Source: an uncultured archaeon
GTDB taxonomy: Archaea; Asgardarchaeota; Thorarchaeia; Thorarchaeales; Thorarchaeaceae
NCBI GenBank assembly: GCA_964558645.1
Contig: CAZLEV010000001.1
Span: 93,568 to 157,567, forward strand
Length of the DNA stretch: 64,000 nt
Direction of reading: 5' to 3'
Shown here: positions 1-9,030 of the stretch, piece after piece
How positions within the stretch are numbered: position 1 is the first letter of the stretch
Layout of the letters: the number at the start of each line of letters is the position of its first letter
Position numbers and translations under genes: made by a program
The notes under the pieces: generated by a model
Told to the model about the DNA's origin: nothing
Database searches by the model: none
Seen by the model: the letters and a program-made list of their open reading frames with translations, nothing else

Positions 1-118
1 TCTCCAGTATTGACATTCCAGTTTCTTCCCAGTTCAAAAGCTCTTCCTTGGCTCTCTTCAATGCAGGGAGTGGAAGAGTAGCTGGGCCCGGATAGAAATT
101 ATACACTCGATCTACCAT
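1..118 (-). CDS. serC: Phosphoserine aminotransferase, N-terminal part (runs off the window start)
   Basis: Not in the ORF track. Manual translation from ATG at 118 gives MVDRVYNFYPGPATLPLPALKRAKEELLNWEETGMSILE, matching the SerC N-terminal pattern (YNF-x-x-GPA-x-LP...GMS-x-x-E). GGTG SD upstream. Confidence 0.85.
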   Translation of the reverse strand, partial: MVDRVYNFYPGPATLPLPALKRAKEELLNWEETGMSILE

Positions 119-260
119 GAGTAACACCAAATTCTTTTTCTAAACACTGTGCAGTCCCACGGTGAAGACTATATGTGCCTTCAAGACTACGTGTCCGCGA
201 CTGTTTCACCTTCATAATAAGGACATCGATGAGTGAACGCACAGACGACTCTGTTTCAGT

Positions 261-303
261 GAAGGAGTTGGGACAGACTCTTGATGGCCTGTCCCCCCTC
301 TTC
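261..303 (-). terminator. GC-rich hairpin just downstream of the DUF1015 gene
   Basis: GGGACAG/CTGTCCC inverted repeat (270-296), extendable through GAAGGAG/CTCTTC; lies ~20 nt past the stop codon. Confidence 0.3.
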
Positions 304-324
304 GATGAATGCGTGGATATCAGC

Positions 325-1656
325 TCATCTGAGCTTGTTGATTGTGAAACCAGTGTGGACCTTCGGATAGAAGAAAGTGCTCTTCTGCGGCATGCACTCA
401 AAGCCGTTTGCCACAGCTTCAACCTCTTCTACACGCGTCGGGTTCATGAAGAGAACAGCTTGTGCTTCATTCTTGACCGAGCGAATTGAGTCTTTGACTG
501 CATCGCCGATGCCCTTGACATAGACTACATAACCTCCTCCACTCACGGTGCCTTCGAGAAGCTTCTGTTTGTCAATGCCGAAGACTCTGTCAAGAATTAA
601 TGAATGCAGGATGGACACGTCCAACCTCCTTAGCTCCTCTGATTTGTCAGGAAGCATTTTGTCCATAATGCTGGGGTTCTTGAGAGTTAGAGCGTAGTAT
701 TTGCCATCGTCCATGAAGAGCCCGAAAGCATGCTGTCCCTCTTCAAAGCGTTCATCCATCAACTGGAACATGGGTTCTTTCTCGGTGAATTCGTCGACTT
801 CGAAATGCTCTCTTATGCCCTCAAGAATTTTCGTCTTGTCGAAGTTCTCAAGATTCTGAACTAGTCTGTGAGTTGGCAGGACAACAAGTCCCGGATTCTG
901 AATATTGACAAAGGTCAACATACGGTACTTGGCACTCTCAAGTTCTGGGTTTTCCTTTGAAAGGGCAAGTGCAGTCTTGTATCGATGATGGCCGTCTGCG
1001 ATGATGACATACTTGTCAGACATATGGTCTGTAATATGCTGCTTGTCTTCGTCATCCGTTATCCTCCAGATTCGATGGCGAACTCCCTCTCTGTCTTTGA
1101 CATCAGCAATTGGCTGTTCTTTCATGTGCTTCTCAAGTATTTTGTCTACGGCTCGTTCATGATCCGGATATATCACAAAAATCTGACCGAACTGGGCCAT
1201 TGTCGCTCGAGAGAGGTTCAGCCGGTCTTGGATATCTTTCGGAAGCGTTTCTTCATGCTGAAGGACGCCAGCGAAATCCCCATCTTCAGGAGCTTCTGTT
1301 GCGAACTCCTCGAGCTCGATCAGCCCAATGAATCCAAAACGGAACATCATCTCTCCATGTACTTCGAAGTTCTGTCCATAGATGTAAAATGCGTCTTGGT
1401 CATCTTGAACTAATACATCGTTTTCGATCCATTTCTCAAGAAGTCTTCCCGCTCTGGTATATTGGTTCTCCTCATCAGAATCCTCTTTGCGGGGTTTGTT
1501 CTTTATTATCCATGAGATGTTGTATTCTGAGAGTCCTTGAAGTTCGTCCACAAGCTTTCCCTTGATTATGTCATAGGGTGGTGAGAAAAGCTTCGCGAGG
1601 TCTCCGGCTTTCTTCTCATTGTATCGATAGGCCTTGAAAGGAACGACATTTACCAT
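325..1656 (-). CDS. DUF1015 family protein (ParB/Srx-like fold)
   Basis: VVPFKAYRY start, SPPYDII, QHEETL, IADGHHRY, C-terminal MPQKSTFFYPK; co-oriented upstream of serC. Confidence 0.9.
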   Translation of the reverse strand: MVNVVPFKAYRYNEKKAGDLAKLFSPPYDIIKGKLVDELQGLSEYNISWIIKNKPRKEDSDEENQYTRAGRLLEKWIENDVLVQDDQDAFYIYGQNFEVHGEMMFRFGFIGLIELEEFATEAPEDGDFAGVLQHEETLPKDIQDRLNLSRATMAQFGQIFVIYPDHERAVDKILEKHMKEQPIADVKDREGVRHRIWRITDDEDKQHITDHMSDKYVIIADGHHRYKTALALSKENPELESAKYRMLTFVNIQNPGLVVLPTHRLVQNLENFDKTKILEGIREHFEVDEFTEKEPMFQLMDERFEEGQHAFGLFMDDGKYYALTLKNPSIMDKMLPDKSEELRRLDVSILHSLILDRVFGIDKQKLLEGTVSGGGYVVYVKGIGDAVKDSIRSVKNEAQAVLFMNPTRVEEVEAVANGFECMPQKSTFFYPKVHTGFTINKLR

Positions 1657-1847
1657 TATATTTCCTCCACTGAGTAGTGCAGTCCATTCTTAGACAATGG
1701 CAGCATGGCGGCGCAGAAATACGGCAATGTCATAAGTCTTTCTTTGGAAACAAACACGAGATTGTCAATTCCAAGAACAACGAACGTCAGACTTAAATTG
1801 AGATGTGGCGCGAACACGGAGGCTGTAAAATTCAGGGGTGATAAAGA

Positions 1848-2114
1848 ATGGAGTTCTGCGATAAGTGTGGTACTTTGATGATTCCGGAGAAGAAGGATGG
1901 GAAACCCATCTTGAAATGTAGAGAGTGTGGGCATGAGAAGAAGATTGGCAAGTCGCCCAAGTATACTGTGGAGTACAGGATCAAACACTCACCGAAGGAG
2001 AAGATTGTGGTCGTAGAGGGGGACTCACAGAGGAATGAAGATATCTCTGAAGACGAACGCAGAGAGCGTCGGAAGGCCATTCTTGAGTTCTTTGATGCTG
2101 ACGAATCAGAATAA
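1848..2114 (+). CDS. TFS/RpoM (Rpb9-like) N-terminal zinc-ribbon protein without the C-terminal cleavage ribbon
   Basis: MEFCDKCGTLMIP...LKCRECG; GGGGTGA SD; the C-terminus is a charged helix instead of a second CxxC pair with an ADE loop. Confidence 0.8.
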   Translation: MEFCDKCGTLMIPEKKDGKPILKCRECGHEKKIGKSPKYTVEYRIKHSPKEKIVVVEGDSQRNEDISEDERRERRKAILEFFDADESE

Positions 2115-2245
2115 CTCTAAGGAACCTTTAAGTTCGTGTTTAGACGAATATATCATGTCGATGCGAATGATGACTGTTCCATTGCCCTAGTTCTAAACGG
2201 CTTCCTTGCAGTACTGAGCTACGGGGAGGTCATGGAGGTATACCC

Positions 2246-3124
2246 TTGAAAAAGAGAGAAGTTGACTTTCATTACGATGTAGTTCCCTTCATTCTGAAGG
2301 AGGGCGACGTTCTGGATATTCTGAGAGTGGCCAACGCGGGTCTTGACATCCCCGAGAATCACCTCTCGGAAGCATTGGACGATCTGAAAGACTTGATGAA
2401 CCCGGACGGAGGGGTGCCCTTTGCTTTGCAGAAGGGAAATCCCAGTTCGGTCAAGAAGACCGCAGAAGTTCTTTCACTCATTGTGAACTATGATGAATGC
2501 TCGAAGATCATCGAACCAATGACAGAATTCCTGATTTCCAGACAGAAGAAAGATGGAGGCTTTGCCGAGACTCTCAACTTGGAACCCCTCATTCAGGACC
2601 GATATGCCTCTGCTGGAGGAGTCGAATGGTATCCTGTGGGTAAGAGCATCACGTGGCTGACTGGAAAGGCTTTAGAGGCCTTGTGCCGTGTGGGCTATGA
2701 AGAGGAGCATCGTCTGCGAAAAGCGCGCGATTTCCTCATGTACTCCCAGAACGAAGATGGCCACTGGCCCGATTACCTGGGCCAGAACGAGTCTGACCCG
2801 CTCGCGACAGGGAATATCTTTGCAGGGCTGACCGAGATGGGTGTCAGCAAGGACCACAAAGTCTACCAGAATGCTCGGGCCGCGCTATTCCATCACCTCA
2901 AGACTTCTGCAGATAGCGGATCCACTTATGATATGGTTGATCTCTCTGCGGTTGATGCAGTCGAGACGGAGATGGAGCGGAAAGTGGTTGAAAAGGGCTT
3001 TGAGCTCGTCATAGAGAGCCAGAACAAAGACGGCGGTTGGGTCGATCTGGGGATGAAGAAGAGCAATCCCGAACTAACCTCCCTTTTGGTCTTTGCTCTG
3101 AATACCTGTTGCAAAGGCAAGTGA
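2246..3124 (+). CDS. Prenyltransferase/squalene-oxidase repeat (alpha-alpha toroid) protein
   Basis: Repeated QW-like motifs MNPDGGV, QKKDGGF, QNEDGHW, QNKDGGW; GGAGGT SD before TTG. Confidence 0.75.
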   Translation: MKKREVDFHYDVVPFILKEGDVLDILRVANAGLDIPENHLSEALDDLKDLMNPDGGVPFALQKGNPSSVKKTAEVLSLIVNYDECSKIIEPMTEFLISRQKKDGGFAETLNLEPLIQDRYASAGGVEWYPVGKSITWLTGKALEALCRVGYEEEHRLRKARDFLMYSQNEDGHWPDYLGQNESDPLATGNIFAGLTEMGVSKDHKVYQNARAALFHHLKTSADSGSTYDMVDLSAVDAVETEMERKVVEKGFELVIESQNKDGGWVDLGMKKSNPELTSLLVFALNTCCKGK

Positions 3125-3177
3125 TTTCAGAGTGGCCCTCGTGGAAGAGATAGGTCTGTAATTCGAATGGATTTCTC

Positions 3178-3190
3178 AGAACCTTTTATT
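3178..3190 (+). promoter_or_regulatory. Putative archaeal BRE/TATA promoter
   Basis: AGAACCTTTTATT, the same A-rich+CCTTT(T)AT pattern seen at ~2121, 42093 and 53351. Confidence 0.4.
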
Positions 3191-3244
3191 GTGCTGATGC
3201 ACTTGTGACGGCTTGGGACCCCTTGAACAAGAGAGTGTAGAACC

Positions 3245-3718
3245 GTGAATCTTAAAGTACAACGTAATGACGAAATCGTCGAATTGCGAAAAGTAGATCT
3301 TGAAGCACTGAGTCCGCCTCTCTATAGAACAATGATTGGCTACAATTCTCTTAAAAGACTCGGATATTCCATATCCTTCATCAGGCCGAAGAAGAACTCC
3401 TCAGGGGATTTCGAGCGTATCAGGTATAGCTTCATTGAGCGAGGAATCATGACTCGCCAGCTTGAGGAGGAGCTAGAACCTGATATGAAACGGGGGATAC
3501 TCAACCAGCTTCCTCGTGGCGATTTTGCGATAGTTCTCTTACTTACACAGGTTCCCAGACGGGGTGTCAACATACGATTGGATAAGTTCACCTACGAGTT
3601 TCTAGGATGCATTCTCATGAGAGACGATGAAATTCTAGATGTTGTAATGAACACGGCACCAACGCGTGAGATTCTGATGCCAACATACGAAGAAGCAACA
3701 ACTGCCACTGTGAGTTAG
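3245..3718 (+). CDS. Hypothetical protein (157 aa)
   Basis: Fills the gap, follows a putative promoter, and its stop abuts the convergent small ORF. Confidence 0.65.
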   Translation: MNLKVQRNDEIVELRKVDLEALSPPLYRTMIGYNSLKRLGYSISFIRPKKNSSGDFERIRYSFIERGIMTRQLEEELEPDMKRGILNQLPRGDFAIVLLLTQVPRRGVNIRLDKFTYEFLGCILMRDDEILDVVMNTAPTREILMPTYEEATTATVS

Positions 3719-3874
3719 CTATATGCTCCGTGTCAGAGGCGTAGATTCCTCCTCAAGCTGACGAATCTTCTCTCTCTTCTTCCTCGTACGATAGGCTTGT
3801 AGCCCAGCTCTTCCGAGGAGAATCATGAATGGAATGATCCACCAGATGATGTAGAGCCCCATGTCAAACTGCAT
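3719..3874 (-). CDS. Small single-pass membrane protein (51 aa)
   Basis: Below the ORF-track cutoff: MQFDMGLYIIWWIIPFMILLGRAGLQAYRTRKKREKIRQLEEESTPLTRSI. One TM helix followed by a basic stretch; its stop codon is directly adjacent to the stop of the convergent gene. Confidence 0.65.
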   Translation of the reverse strand: MQFDMGLYIIWWIIPFMILLGRAGLQAYRTRKKREKIRQLEEESTPLTRSI

Positions 3875-3997
3875 TATCTGCACTCAGATGGACGTTCTTC
3901 GTGATACAATTAAGCTTGTTGGCTTACGCACCAAATCGTCTTCTCAGGCAGGCTTATGTTGAACCACTCGGGAGACCTACAATGTGGAGCTGTGATC

Positions 3998-5698
3998 ATG
4001 CCGCGAAGTCTGAGAGGTGTTCCGAAGGAGATAGCTGCGTTCGGTGAACGCCAGTTCCGAGAAACCGGTGCTGTTGCGGTTGAGGTCTTGCGGGTGAAAG
4101 CCTCGACCGTGCGTAAGCATTTCAGACGCCTCCAGGGCATAACGTATCTTGTTGCTGTCGTCAATCTTGATAGAATCCGTGTATACTTCTTCAACAGGGA
4201 AGGCGTCATGCTGGTGGGGGAGAATGTCGAAACTTCGAAATACAAGAAGATTCGCGAGAAATCTCGCCTTCTGGCAAAATTCGAGAAACCACAAGAACCC
4301 ACCAAAGAAGAGCTGAGGATGGAGGCAACTGAGGAACTCAGGAACTCTCTCTCAAGAGCTATCAAGAGGGTATGCAGGTTCCTCGCATTGACTGAGCCAC
4401 CATTCCCAGAGACCTATGTGAGCAAGCAGTCCCTTGCTGAACACACACAGTCCTTTGGTCTCAAGATTGAGGATGATGCGCTGGTCTTCCAAGAGTCTCT
4501 GTTGCATGGTGCACCCCTTGAAGGTCTGTCAAATCGCGCGGCATTTCTATTGCTATTGGACGCACAGAGGGCCAGAGTTGAATACCTGAATTGTCTGGGA
4601 AATGCCGTGGCTGCTGCTGTCTTGAAGAGCCCCTTGTGTGAAGAATGGCAAGATGTCTGGCTCAAGAACTCCAAAGAAACGGATTATCATGTTTTGATGC
4701 GCCATTTCATTCGGCACCTTGAAACATACCAGGAACAAGGTTTCTTGCGTCTGTTGGAGGTGGCAAAATCCAGTCCACCCATTGAAGATACTTCCAGATG
4801 GACCAAGAGCCTGAAGATGATCCATGACACGCTCGAGCTCAGTGCAGGTACCGAGGAGTTTCCAGTCCTCAAGAGATTCTTGGGCGACCTGACAGATCTC
4901 AATGCATTGAATCAGAAGCGTAACACACTCGAACGTTTTCATCTCGCACCCAGAGTTTGGTGTAACCCACAGTCTCTGGAGCGCCAGATGCATGTTAATC
5001 TTGACACTGGTGACCTGCAAAGCGATGCACTCTGTGAGATTGTCTATGTCGATGCTCATTCTCCAAAGACCATGCGGATTCTGGAAGAAGGTGAACTCCA
5101 AGTAAATGCCATGGAGTACATGCTGAATCTTGAAGATGTCTTTCCCAAGCCGGGCGGCTTAGCGTCGCGTGGAAGGTATCTGGTTGAACGTGCTCTGGCT
5201 GCTATGGGGGTACAGTCCTCGTCAGAACTGACCTTTTCAAGAAGGCTTGAGTTCAATGGTGGAACGATAAGCAACGCGGAGAAGGCAGTACTTGAGAGAC
5301 TGTGGACTGGACGCCTGCAGATTCTGTCAGACTCATTGATCGGCTCACCGAAGCGAATGCAGTCGTTGATTGATAGTGGGCATTTGGTTCTGATTCCTGA
5401 TTTCAATCACTTGGGTGTTTCACCGACGCATCTCCTTGTAGGCGAGCTAGAATCTGTAGTCGGCATCTGCAGAGAACACGCACTGGAGGCAACCCTATTT
5501 CACTCGTCATCTGACTCGTTCGCCATCGCATGTTCAGTTTCGCACTGGAAACAACAATTGCTGGATGAGTGCACAAGATTGCACGTTCGGTTGTATCCTA
5601 TCATGGGGGTCAGCTCAGTCAACAAGCTGGTGCGAGATGAGCCGGTGCTTTTTGACCTGTCCGAGTCTGTGACATGGAGCAGCTCCTCTAGTCCCTGA
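3998..5698 (+). CDS. Hypothetical protein (~566 aa), possibly with a degenerate Lrp/AsnC-like C-terminal region
   Basis: Long ORF (track start 3956; ATG 3998 has GGAG upstream). The C-terminal RMQSLIDSGHLVLIPDFNHLG resembles the Lrp linker. Confidence 0.7.
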   Translation: MPRSLRGVPKEIAAFGERQFRETGAVAVEVLRVKASTVRKHFRRLQGITYLVAVVNLDRIRVYFFNREGVMLVGENVETSKYKKIREKSRLLAKFEKPQEPTKEELRMEATEELRNSLSRAIKRVCRFLALTEPPFPETYVSKQSLAEHTQSFGLKIEDDALVFQESLLHGAPLEGLSNRAAFLLLLDAQRARVEYLNCLGNAVAAAVLKSPLCEEWQDVWLKNSKETDYHVLMRHFIRHLETYQEQGFLRLLEVAKSSPPIEDTSRWTKSLKMIHDTLELSAGTEEFPVLKRFLGDLTDLNALNQKRNTLERFHLAPRVWCNPQSLERQMHVNLDTGDLQSDALCEIVYVDAHSPKTMRILEEGELQVNAMEYMLNLEDVFPKPGGLASRGRYLVERALAAMGVQSSSELTFSRRLEFNGGTISNAEKAVLERLWTGRLQILSDSLIGSPKRMQSLIDSGHLVLIPDFNHLGVSPTHLLVGELESVVGICREHALEATLFHSSSDSFAIACSVSHWKQQLLDECTRLHVRLYPIMGVSSVNKLVRDEPVLFDLSESVTWSSSSSP

Positions 5699-7376
5699 TC
5701 TCGACGATTGTTCCTATGGCTCTGGTGTTTGCTTCACGAAGCACGATTCTATCTCCTGCCTGTACTGCTTCGGGAACCATTAGAAACTGAAGACGGACTC
5801 TTGCGAAATCTCCCACACACAGGTATTCCTTATCATAAATGTGCTGGAGCACGACAGTCTGTTGGATTGTATGACATTGCATGACCGGGCAGTAACCCTT
5901 AGATATTCTTGTCGGGTGGCGCGTGACCACTATATTTGCTTCGAAGACTCTGGCACTCTGTACTGGTTCCTCAGTGTCTGCAATCAGCTGTCCTCTTCTG
6001 ATCTTGTGCTTGTCCACATCTTTGACGTCGAATCCAAAGAGGTCGCCTGCACGTACGCGTCCAACCCTCTTCTTGAACATCTCTATGCTGAACAGGCGTC
6101 CCTCCATGAACTCTCCATTCGGATCAGGTCCAATCAGTAGGTTTTGCCCTGTCTTGAAGACACCCTGATTTACGGTCCCTGTAATCACCACACTCGTTCC
6201 CTTGATGCCTCTATACACCTTGTCGACGAACCCTCTTGCGGGTTCTGAGAGATCCCTCTCACCTGAGAACGATGGGAGTCTTGAGAGCAGACTGGTGAGC
6301 AGTGACAGAGATTCCCAATCCGTCGCCGCGACTTGGAGAATCGGTACAACGACTTGGTTGCCAATCTCCTTGATGACTGCTGGGATGTCTTCCTCTCCTT
6401 TGACATTGACCGGTATCTTTCCGATCTCCTTCAGAGTCTTTCTGACGAGACTCTGTACCAGTTCCATCTCATCGTCCGCTGTCTTGTCACCTTTAGATAT
6501 CACCACGATGAATGGGGCCTCTTGATTCGCCATGAGTATCATGTGTTCACGTGTGATATCATCCAGTCTCTTGGAGCCTGTCCTTTCTTCTTCGCTTCGG
6601 ATTAGATTCGCCTCTTCAGGGCCAGGAACTAGAATCATCCCGTACTGAGCATCCGCGCCAAGGATACTCCGAATCATGGTCTTACTGTATTCCTTGTGCC
6701 CTGGGGCATCGAAGAATGTGAGGATCTTCTTGGAACGATCAAGAACCCTTGCAGCCTCCTCCTTGTTGAGCGGATTCTCAAGATGGATTGGAACACCCGT
6801 TTCATCATACCCTAGAAATGCAAGATGGATATCTGCAGTCTGTCCTCGGGTGATCTCTTGAGGGTGTTTCAGCAGAAAGGACCTTGCACTTCCGCTTCCG
6901 TTGTCTGGCTTCCCGGTGACGAGAGCTCCAATCAGTGTTGACTTTCCTGAATTGACTCTGCCTGCAACGTTTACAGAGCAGGTCTCTTTGATTTCCAGTG
7001 CTTCTGTTCTCTTGAGAAGGTAGACCCCGACCAGACCTCTTGGAGTCTCCACCCATTCTTCTTCGACTATGTCCACTTCTGCTTCTTGACATATGCGATT
7101 GAGTATCTTCTCGGCGTTCTTCAGCCCTGACTCCGTGAGACCGTAAAGTCGCCACTGATCACCATTGATATCTTCTATGCCGATGAGAAATCTCCCTTCA
7201 AACGGGCTTTCACATGTCATGTACCTTATTCGTGTGACTAGCTTTTGTTTCCTCACAGGTCTGAGATCAGTCTTTGTCAGGTTTCTTTTGAACTCGGTGT
7301 TTCTTGTCTCTCCCACCCTGAGGATTCTCTGAACTTCCTCGACTGTGGTCATCTGGGGCAACCCTGTTGTCATCAT
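5688..7376 (-). CDS. Translational GTPase of the GTPBP1/GTPBP2 (archaeal GTPBP) family
   Basis: N-terminal GETRNTEFK domain; G1 GRVNSGKS, G2 RGQT, G3 DAPGH, G4 SKGD; EF-Tu-like domains II/III ending TRAIGTI. Confidence 0.88.
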   Translation of the reverse strand: MMTTGLPQMTTVEEVQRILRVGETRNTEFKRNLTKTDLRPVRKQKLVTRIRYMTCESPFEGRFLIGIEDINGDQWRLYGLTESGLKNAEKILNRICQEAEVDIVEEEWVETPRGLVGVYLLKRTEALEIKETCSVNVAGRVNSGKSTLIGALVTGKPDNGSGSARSFLLKHPQEITRGQTADIHLAFLGYDETGVPIHLENPLNKEEAARVLDRSKKILTFFDAPGHKEYSKTMIRSILGADAQYGMILVPGPEEANLIRSEEERTGSKRLDDITREHMILMANQEAPFIVVISKGDKTADDEMELVQSLVRKTLKEIGKIPVNVKGEEDIPAVIKEIGNQVVVPILQVAATDWESLSLLTSLLSRLPSFSGERDLSEPARGFVDKVYRGIKGTSVVITGTVNQGVFKTGQNLLIGPDPNGEFMEGRLFSIEMFKKRVGRVRAGDLFGFDVKDVDKHKIRRGQLIADTEEPVQSARVFEANIVVTRHPTRISKGYCPVMQCHTIQQTVVLQHIYDKEYLCVGDFARVRLQFLMVPEAVQAGDRIVLREANTRAIGTIVEIRD

Positions 7377-7632
7377 TCACATGATCTCTCGTTATAACAA
7401 TATCTGACTCACAAGATCTCTTTGTGACCATGAATCCTTGAGAGGCGTGTAGGAGATGCCTGGACAACGACGATGGTTATGTGGTTCTTCCTAATTCAAT
7501 GTCCTGGCCAATACGGCAAATCAACAAGTCTATCCTTGTGACTATGCTTGGTCGCCCGAATCAACAGGTTAATAGTGTGAGATTGGCAAACACGACTCCG
7601 AACGCACAGATGCTCGGAGATGAGACCTGATC

Positions 7633-9021
7633 TTGTTTGATTTACTGGAACGAGCGATGGAGACGGCCCGTGGCTTGGAGGCAGCATATGTTGAGCTCCG
7701 TGGTGAGGATATCTTTATCGAATACATTCAGATGGACGACGGACGAATAAATGCCCTGACTCAGAGAATCGAGAGAGGCGTTGCAGTACGAGTCTTGGCT
7801 GATGGCGCATGGGGCTTTGTCACCACTGGCGACTTGGAGCGCCTAGATTCAGCGATAAAGGATGCATACTCGATTGCTAGGGCTGCAGCCCCGACCCGAA
7901 AGGAACCTATCGAACTCGCTGAGACAAAGTCTGTTCACGATACGGTGAGGAGTTCAGTGAAGGAAGATCCTCGTCATATCCCTGTTGAAGAGAAAGTGAC
8001 ATACTTGCGAGATACGACGCGGGTGATTCGCGACTATGATGAACGGATCACTGCCGTGACACTGAAGATGCAAAACGCCTCGGGAGAGAGATTTCTTCTG
8101 ACCTCCGATGGTACGCGGATAGAATCGCCAGTGAACCTTGTCTGGATCTACCCGTGGGTGACTGGCAAAGAAGGTACTCGGCTGAGCGCAGCTCGTTACG
8201 AGGAGGCCTCTACTCATCAGGGCTGGGAGTTCATGAGAGCAACCGCAAGTCCCGAATTCATAGGTGAAGAGGTGGCTAACCGTGTGAAGCTGCAACTTGA
8301 TGGGGTTCCAGCAAAGGGCGGAAGCTTCCCTTGTGTTATGGGGCCAAGAGTGATCGGTGTCTTGGCACATGAAGCTCTTGGTCACCTTGCCGAGGCAGAC
8401 TTGACAGTGCACACCCCTTTCAATGACAGACTTGGCGAAGTTGTGGCGGCTCCCGGTGTCAATATGGTTGATGACGGAACTGACCCGGGCAATCTCGGAA
8501 CTGCGAAGTACGATGATGAGGGAACTCCAACAACCCGTGTTGACATCATAAGAGACTCGGTGCTCACTGAACTGATGACCAATCGGGAGTATGCAGCCAA
8601 GATCGATCAACGCCCCACTGGTAACGCTCGCGCAGAGAGCTATCTATATCCACCTATCATTCGTATGCGGAATACTATGTTTGAGAGAGGTGATCACTCC
8701 CGTGAGGAGATCTTTGAGGGTATTGGATTCGGGTACTATTGTGCCGATTTCAGGGGTGGACAGGCACAGATGAATGCAAGCTTTCAAGTCGGTGTTCAAG
8801 AGGCCTATGAAATAGTCAACGGTGAAATCGGTCGACCGGTCACAGACCTTTCGATATCTGGTATCGCGACTGATGCGTTATTCAAGATTGAGGCTGTTGC
8901 CGATGAGGGTTTTCCGTTCGAAGTTGGGCGGTGCGGCAAGGGCCAGACTGCGTACATCTCTGCAGGAGGCCCCCATATTCGGTTTTCGAAAGGTGGTATT
9001 ACCTTCGGAGGAAAGGACTAG
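7633..9021 (+). CDS. tldD: TldD metalloprotease subunit
   Basis: GVAVRVLADGAWGF, HEALGHLAEAD (HExxxH), IRMRNT, CGKGQ. Confidence 0.93.
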   Translation: MFDLLERAMETARGLEAAYVELRGEDIFIEYIQMDDGRINALTQRIERGVAVRVLADGAWGFVTTGDLERLDSAIKDAYSIARAAAPTRKEPIELAETKSVHDTVRSSVKEDPRHIPVEEKVTYLRDTTRVIRDYDERITAVTLKMQNASGERFLLTSDGTRIESPVNLVWIYPWVTGKEGTRLSAARYEEASTHQGWEFMRATASPEFIGEEVANRVKLQLDGVPAKGGSFPCVMGPRVIGVLAHEALGHLAEADLTVHTPFNDRLGEVVAAPGVNMVDDGTDPGNLGTAKYDDEGTPTTRVDIIRDSVLTELMTNREYAAKIDQRPTGNARAESYLYPPIIRMRNTMFERGDHSREEIFEGIGFGYYCADFRGGQAQMNASFQVGVQEAYEIVNGEIGRPVTDLSISGIATDALFKIEAVADEGFPFEVGRCGKGQTAYISAGGPHIRFSKGGITFGGKD

Positions 9022-9030
9022 GAGGCGCCA

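Noticed and set aside
2246-3124. Rab geranylgeranyltransferase acting on the local GTPases
   Set aside because: Neither GTPase has C-terminal cysteines, no alpha subunit or REP is visible, and I could not identify the Zn ligands.
7954-8610. Long antisense ORFs in the track (also 29661-30302, 63107-63832, 20162-20752, 50310-50897)
   Set aside because: They lie fully opposite well-supported genes and carry no motifs; they are codon-bias shadows.
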